This document shows, in pieces, positions 58,684-64,000 of a stretch of 64,000 nt of DNA. The first letter of the stretch is position 1. Every line of letters begins with the position of its first letter. The stretch comes from Nitrososphaeria archaeon (GTDB lineage: Archaea > Thermoproteota > Nitrososphaeria > JACIWG01), in the NCBI GenBank assembly GCA_050011875.1, contig JBEKIG010000013.1, positions 1 through 64,000 on the forward strand, given 5' to 3'. The position numbers were made by a program, and so were the translations under genes. The notes under the pieces are model-generated. The model saw only the letters and a program-made list of their open reading frames with translations, was not told the origin of the DNA and ran no database searches.

Positions 58684-61600
58684 CTATGATGTCTTTGGAT
58701 GGTCGATTCGGACCCGGTCATGCTTACCTGCTTTCCGCCTCGGCAATACAACCCTCCAAAGGATTACGATTACCGCTAAGATAACCGCTAAGATAATAAC
58801 TATCAAAATGGACGTGTAAACCCAGTTTATCGAGAAGCTTGCCTGCACGCTCTCAGCAGAGTTCACCACAACACTAACTTCAGTTTCGCTTGAAGACGTT
58901 GCACCAGACCAGCCGTCAAACTTGAACAGGAAAAACGCAGGACTAGCTGCAAGCTGAACAGTCGAACCCAAAGGCACAAACAGCGTCCTATTACTCGCAC
59001 CACCCACCTTACCAGCAAGCGAGGCAGAGCTGTAGGAAACACTTCCGAAACTCGAAGAAACAACAGAGAGACCAGGATAGAACGCTGCGCTTTCAACGAT
59101 AGGATCCTTGACCGTAACAGTGAACGGATTACTCACCCCCCCATACGAGCCGACCCCTGAACCGTTCCATAACTCGAACTGCCAACCACCATTTGAAGCA
59201 GCAGAAAGCTGAACCTGCTCACTGGAATTAAACCAATCCGTCAAAGGAGACACGAAACCACCCTGCTGGCTGTTGGAAAGGACCTTAACATAATACTGGT
59301 GGTAGTAGAAAGGAGACAAGACGACGGCCGAGCTCACCGAACCTGTGGTTGCCTGCGCAAGGACCGACCATCTCTCGTTCGAAGAAGCATAAGCAACGCT
59401 TGCAAAACTAAACGTACTGCCCGAGTCTGCCCAAGCTGTCCCCTGCGTGACACCAATCAGTGAAGTCGACGGCGATCCAAGCGAAGAGAAGTTCAACTCC
59501 AAAGAACCTGGGTTCCCCCCGCCGGATACGCTGTAGCTATAAACAATGGTGTACTGGTGATAGTAGACAAGGGTCATTGAAACAGCTGCGTTCACACTGC
59601 CGGAGCTAGAGCTATTGGTGTACCAACGCTCAGATGAGCCAGACCCCTGAAGAGGATTCGGCAAGCTGAATGAAGTGCCTGCGTCAAGCCAATTGGAACT
59701 TAGGGTCGCGTTTATCGGAAAAGCCGCTGACACTCCGAAAGCTGTCCCCGACAACAACGGAGAAGTAGGATTCCCGCCACCATTGATGACATATCCTACT
59801 GAGATGTCGAATTGGTGGTAGTATTGGAAGGTCGCGGTGGTAGGTCCCGAGACAGCCCCTGCGTCGGTCTGAGACGTAATCCACCTTTCAGATGAATTAG
59901 AGCTGGAGAGAGGGTTAGTGACCGACCAAGATGAACCATAATCAAACCAGTAGGCTGTAGGTATGCTCGTTATGGTAGGCGAAAACGCCACACCATTCTG
60001 CAAACCTGACAACAGCGGAACGGCCGGCGAACCACCTCCAGACACAGAATACGCCAGAGTCCAAGCTACCTGAAAGTAATACGGAACAACTACCACAGAC
60101 CCAGAAACAGTTCCCGACGTTTCGTTAGTGGCCATCCACCTTGTGTTTGAATTCGACCCTGATAGCAAGCCTGTGAACGAATAGGATGAACTCGCGTCTG
60201 TCCAGTCAGTGAAATTCGCCACCCCTTGGGATTGTGATCCGAACTTGGTGTAGGAGACGGTCGGAGCCGTGTAGCCCGACTGATTAGAGTTCATAATGTT
60301 GAAGCCAAACAGAACGTAGTACTGGTCATAGTATGTGAAAAGAACGGACTGGGCGGCGGAAACGGTTCCTGAGGTCACATCCTGAGTGTACCATCTCTGC
60401 ACGCTACTCGACCTCTGTAAGGGGTTTGAAACAGACCAGAGCTGTCCGACGTCGGACCAATAGGCCGTGGGTGAGCCGGAAAGGCTAACAGCAGCCGCCG
60501 AGCCGAACTGGGTTAGGGCAAGGCTGGGCGCAGTAGGACCTCTTCCCCCCACTGTCGTATAGCCGGAAGTCAACCTGTACTGGTGGTAGTATGTCGCAGA
60601 AAACAACGTACTAGAGTTAACCATGCCAGTCGGAGACTTAGTGGCCCACCGTTCGTTTACGTACGATCCGGGCAACGGATTCTGAAAGGAATACAATGAG
60701 CCGGCGTCCACGAAGGCCAAGAAACCGGGCGTAATGGATACAGATGACCCGAATTCGCTGACATTCATGCTTGGCTGTGAGTAACCGCTGCCACCGTTTG
60801 CGACAGCATAGAGGAAGGATACGCGAAACTGGTGGAAATATACGAAGTTCAACGTTGTACCGTTCGTGGGAGCAGTGCCGCTAGTTTTATTTTGTGTGTC
60901 CCAGATCTCTATCGAAGTTGAGCCCTGTAACAGGCCGTTCACGCTCCACGGAGATCCGCTGTCCATGTAGTAGGTGGTAGAATTAGTGGAAAGCTGGATG
61001 ATGTGCTGAATCCCGCCGGAATAGTAGATGAAGAATGGTGGAGAATATCCACTTCCACCACCTTGAACTGAATAATTTACGTTAACTGTGGCAGGACTAT
61101 ATCCTGTGATAAACAGATACGAGTCAGAAGCCTCCGTGGCGTTATGGGATGATAGGTACTGCAATGTTTTCGGAACCGTGTAGACGACAGGACCACTCGT
61201 GGAAGCCACGAACAACGTTTGGCCAGTGCTCGGCACCCATTCCTCCATCCACATCCAGGCGGAGGATTTTGCGAAGTCGTTTTCCCAATAGGTGACATTT
61301 GCCTCTTCTCCGTAATAGGCGGAGGAGTGCCACCATTCCGTCATAAGCCCGGTGAAGAAACCGTTACTGTTTTCTGGCGATGAAGCTAAGCCCACGAAAA
61401 CGGAAGAGCCCTCCTGGTTGAACATCTTTACGGCCCCTGCCCCCGTGTTATAATCATATGCTTGCATCACGACGTTGCCGCCAGAAAAGAAAAGGTTAAG
61501 GAGGACTGTATCCCCCTGTTTCACGGTCCCTGAGAAGGACGATAGTCCGACTCCGCTTGCTGGGTAGATTGAATTACCACTTGGGTCAAAGACTTCGTAA

Positions 61601-62160
61601 TTCATGCTAAAGCCCGATGCGTAGCCGCCAACCAGATTAGGCCAATGCCAAGAAAGGCCCACCTGATACCAATACCCCGTATCAGTAAGGCCATCCAGAT
61701 CGTAGCCCGGTCCGTATCCGTTGCTGTCCGACTGAGCCACAGCGGTGACGTTGTAGGCCATACTTGTGAAGTTCTGGGTGAAAGTTAACCCCAGCTGCTC
61801 GTCGTAAATCGCGGATGGTTGATTCTCAACCGGGTAATCCTGGTTGTTTACAGTAGACAGCTCCAAACCAGCCAATCGATGGCCTTGCGATTGACCCGCC
61901 GGAGAATCAGAGCTGAAAGATTCTGGTACGTTTTGACGACACAACGAGCAAGAGTAAGATCCATCCGAACCCAGTCCAGTTGAAATGTTAACACCACCTG
62001 AAGAGGGATTAATGACGGAGGAAGTTGCTCCAAAAACGCCAACATGAGGCGCTGTCCAACCAAGAGCGACAAGCATTACAATTAACAGAATGCAGAAACC
62101 TAATCCCTTGGTAATCCTTCGAACTGGGCAACCATGAATCTTAATCAAAGCCAGTTTCAA
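58684..62160 (-). CDS. Large surface protein: thermopsin-like N-domain, seven ~85 aa YYHQY repeats, two InlB-B-like repeats, C-terminal TM anchor
   Basis: Signal peptide; QLG..L.GLT.TGYWYQVG; repeats G-G-x-P...W.D.G...S..ERW.T...YYHQY; GWQF..W.G and FKFDGWSG; C-terminal TM followed by a basic tail. Confidence 0.7.
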   Translation of the reverse strand: MKLALIKIHGCPVRRITKGLGFCILLIVMLVALGWTAPHVGVFGATSSVINPSSGGVNISTGLGSDGSYSCSLCRQNVPESFSSDSPAGQSQGHRLAGLELSTVNNQDYPVENQPSAIYDEQLGLTFTQNFTSMAYNVTAVAQSDSNGYGPGYDLDGLTDTGYWYQVGLSWHWPNLVGGYASGFSMNYEVFDPSGNSIYPASGVGLSSFSGTVKQGDTVLLNLFFSGGNVVMQAYDYNTGAGAVKMFNQEGSSVFVGLASSPENSNGFFTGLMTEWWHSSAYYGEEANVTYWENDFAKSSAWMWMEEWVPSTGQTLFVASTSGPVVYTVPKTLQYLSSHNATEASDSYLFITGYSPATVNVNYSVQGGGSGYSPPFFIYYSGGIQHIIQLSTNSTTYYMDSGSPWSVNGLLQGSTSIEIWDTQNKTSGTAPTNGTTLNFVYFHQFRVSFLYAVANGGSGYSQPSMNVSEFGSSVSITPGFLAFVDAGSLYSFQNPLPGSYVNERWATKSPTGMVNSSTLFSATYYHQYRLTSGYTTVGGRGPTAPSLALTQFGSAAAVSLSGSPTAYWSDVGQLWSVSNPLQRSSSVQRWYTQDVTSGTVSAAQSVLFTYYDQYYVLFGFNIMNSNQSGYTAPTVSYTKFGSQSQGVANFTDWTDASSSYSFTGLLSGSNSNTRWMATNETSGTVSGSVVVVPYYFQVAWTLAYSVSGGGSPAVPLLSGLQNGVAFSPTITSIPTAYWFDYGSSWSVTNPLSSSNSSERWITSQTDAGAVSGPTTATFQYYHQFDISVGYVINGGGNPTSPLLSGTAFGVSAAFPINATLSSNWLDAGTSFSLPNPLQGSGSSERWYTNSSSSGSVNAAVSMTLVYYHQYTIVYSYSVSGGGNPGSLELNFSSLGSPSTSLIGVTQGTAWADSGSTFSFASVAYASSNERWSVLAQATTGSVSSAVVLSPFYYHQYYVKVLSNSQQGGFVSPLTDWFNSSEQVQLSAASNGGWQFELWNGSGVGSYGGVSNPFTVTVKDPIVESAAFYPGLSVVSSSFGSVSYSSASLAGKVGGASNRTLFVPLGSTVQLAASPAFFLFKFDGWSGATSSSETEVSVVVNSAESVQASFSINWVYTSILIVIILAVILAVIVILWRVVLPRRKAGKHDRVRIDHPKTS

Positions 62161-62443
62161 CCTTCTCCTTACGCATCGGCATGTATTATAGCTTTCTCCA
62201 AGTTTTTCATATTTTAAGTATGGATTATTTAAATTTGAACTCGGGAATAGGTCTAATCATTTCTGAAGTGAACTTTTATGAACCCATTACTTTGTGAGCG
62301 TTCATCTCATGCTATAGTCTTTAAAACTGAATATTTATTCGATGTGGTAATATAACGCTAATGGGTTTACTCTGTTTATGGAGCTTCCACATCTTTAACC
62401 AGTTCTATGATAGGCTTCCAAAGACCTTCCGAACGCTCTGTTT

Positions 62444-63238
62444 TTATGCCAACACGTTTGATGGGCTTGAGCGGTTCTCAGGGTTTTTGCGCAGTTCTCT
62501 TGTTGTAAACCACGCTACAATTACAGAAATCAGGGATAACGCAAAAACTAAAGCTTCAAAACCGAGTAGTGTGAAACTCTGAGCAAAGGGAACCAAGAAA
62601 TCTACAAAACCCATGGGGAGGGCGAGTAGTAAATAACGCTTCTTATTGACATAGGCAGACATTATGCAAAGGTAGCCCCATGCGAAATGAAAAAAGGTCG
62701 AGGAGATCCTCTCAACAACACCCAGGGCCATCGTTCCAATTACTTGGGAAGCGGGAGAAAAAAGTCCAGGTGAACTCTCGACTAACTGAGCATAAACGGT
62801 CTGTGCTAGTGGTGTATTTGTGGAGAGGATAATGTAATAAGCCACAAGATTAATTATTGGAAGCACACCGAGCAGGACAACGTTTTCCCAAAAAGCCAAC
62901 CCTAAACCATATGCCTCGGCGTCTTTCCCCGTAAGCATGCCGCGAGAAATCACATACCGTGCGACTAGGTAAGCGCCTCCAACCTCAAAAACAACAGTTT
63001 GGAGACCCACGTATATCCCATAACCAACGCTTTGCGCACCAAAATACCCCACAACTTTTGAGGCAGTCGGTATTTGCACTGCGTACTTAAGGGCTATAGC
63101 ACCGCCATATGCTAATAGCGAGTAGAGGAAGACAAGCCCCCTAAAGCTACGTTTATAGCGCCAGTACACAACCAAACCCGAAGTAATTAAGATGACAATC
63201 AAGGGCTGAAGGATATACAAAATATCGATATTTTGCAT
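62444..63238 (-). CDS. YhfC-family (PrsW superfamily) intramembrane metalloprotease
   Basis: VFEVGG, YGLGLAFWE, ERISS..FH.AW. Confidence 0.7.
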   Translation of the reverse strand: MQNIDILYILQPLIVILITSGLVVYWRYKRSFRGLVFLYSLLAYGGAIALKYAVQIPTASKVVGYFGAQSVGYGIYVGLQTVVFEVGGAYLVARYVISRGMLTGKDAEAYGLGLAFWENVVLLGVLPIINLVAYYIILSTNTPLAQTVYAQLVESSPGLFSPASQVIGTMALGVVERISSTFFHFAWGYLCIMSAYVNKKRYLLLALPMGFVDFLVPFAQSFTLLGFEALVFALSLISVIVAWFTTRELRKNPENRSSPSNVLA

Positions 63239-63345
63239 AAACTACGTTACTTTGGCTTAGTTTTAAAAACTTTCATTGCAAAGGCGCAAGGGACATAAGA
63301 ATTTCAGTTTTTGTAGGCTATAATAATCTAAACATTAAATGAAGC

Positions 63346-63999
63346 TTAAATTCTAAGTCTAACATTTTGATCTTTAAGAAACTTGTTAAGCTCCTCCTTA
63401 AAAGGCAAAGCTGTTATTGCACCCCGTTTAGTAACTACAAATGCACCGACCGCGTTGGCAATTTTGACACAATCTTCCAACCCCAACTTTTTAATTAATC
63501 CGACAAGCAATCCCGCATTCCAACCGTCGCCAGCACCGGTTGTATCGATAACATTGACTTTATAGGGGGGTGCAAAAACTTCAACTCCATCTTTTGACCT
63601 AATCAACGCTCCTTTTGCGCCTAATTTTACTCCCACTATCTCAACACCAAATTCTAGGGCCCTTTCTGCAGCTTCTTTCGGCTCTTTGGTTTTGAACATG
63701 AACTCTGCCTCTTCACTTGAAAAGGTCGCTATGTCAGCCATTTTAAGCACATGGTTATACATCTTTCTGATTGAAAGCTGAGAGTTCCAAACATCCGATC
63801 TGAGGGTTGGGTCAAATGAAATTTTCACTCCTTGCTCTTTAGCGAATCTGATAGCCCCAAGAATAGCCGTTCTAGAAGGGTTCTGGGAAAGTGCAAAACC
63901 TGATATGTGCAATATCTTCGATCTTGAAATATATTTGTGATCTATATCTTTAGTCGTTAATGCACTATCGGCTGTCCCTCCTGCCCAAGGCTTCCTATA
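63346..63999 (-). CDS. PfkB family sugar kinase, partial at window edge
   Basis: ISFDP.LR, VKLGAKG, DTTGAGDG.NAG; frame open to the window end (YRKPWAGGTADSAL). Confidence 0.9.
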   Translation of the reverse strand, partial: YRKPWAGGTADSALTTKDIDHKYISRSKILHISGFALSQNPSRTAILGAIRFAKEQGVKISFDPTLRSDVWNSQLSIRKMYNHVLKMADIATFSSEEAEFMFKTKEPKEAAERALEFGVEIVGVKLGAKGALIRSKDGVEVFAPPYKVNVIDTTGAGDGWNAGLLVGLIKKLGLEDCVKIANAVGAFVVTKRGAITALPFKEELNKFLKDQNVRLRI

Positions 64000-64000
64000 G

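Noticed and set aside
6384-62256. Recurrent TAGACC/TAAGAC hexamers in spacers as possible IS5-type end scars
   Set aside because: Six-base matches cannot be distinguished from background by eye
1-64000. Genome-wide TAG recoding
   Set aside because: Genes such as pdaD, the SDR, the SBP and GH31 end in TAG at their expected termini

Overview
A 64 kb window from an archaeon, probably of the TACK lineage (Bathyarchaeia/Brockarchaeota-like). The assignment is inferred from TATA-box promoters, pyruvoyl-dependent arginine decarboxylase, DUF996, GYD and YtfJ-DUF2953 genes and Thr-rich surface proteins. No rRNA, intact tRNA, CRISPR array or intact transposase is visible. The window is an accessory patchwork of mostly single genes in AT-rich spacers. 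It includes sugar uptake and catabolism (galK-galT, two L-fucose/arabinose isomerase-family genes, a GH31 glycosidase, an RbsC-type ABC transporter, enolase-superfamily dehydratase, HpcH and RraA aldolases, PfkB kinase), ion/metal homeostasis (CDF exporter, ModA-like protein, P3A H+-ATPase, ArsC), duplicated aldo-keto reductases, many broken genes and fragments, and many membrane-anchored surface proteins. Two signals stand out. (1) A module occurs twice (14.3-16.7 kb and 56.0-58.2 kb): a membrane-tethered winged-helix regulator is transcribed divergently from a Thr-stalk surface protein with a pilin-like head, with tandem TTCTAA-N2-TTAGAA palindromes between them. The second copy lies next to BsuPI-like inhibitor, thermopsin-like and YhfC/PrsW-type protease genes. 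(2) A 611 bp methyltransferase unit is flanked by a perfect 18 bp direct repeat and appears inserted into a longer site, of which an unsplit copy lies 2 kb away, suggesting site-specific single-gene cassettes. All family calls are by-eye motif recognition; no database searches were run.
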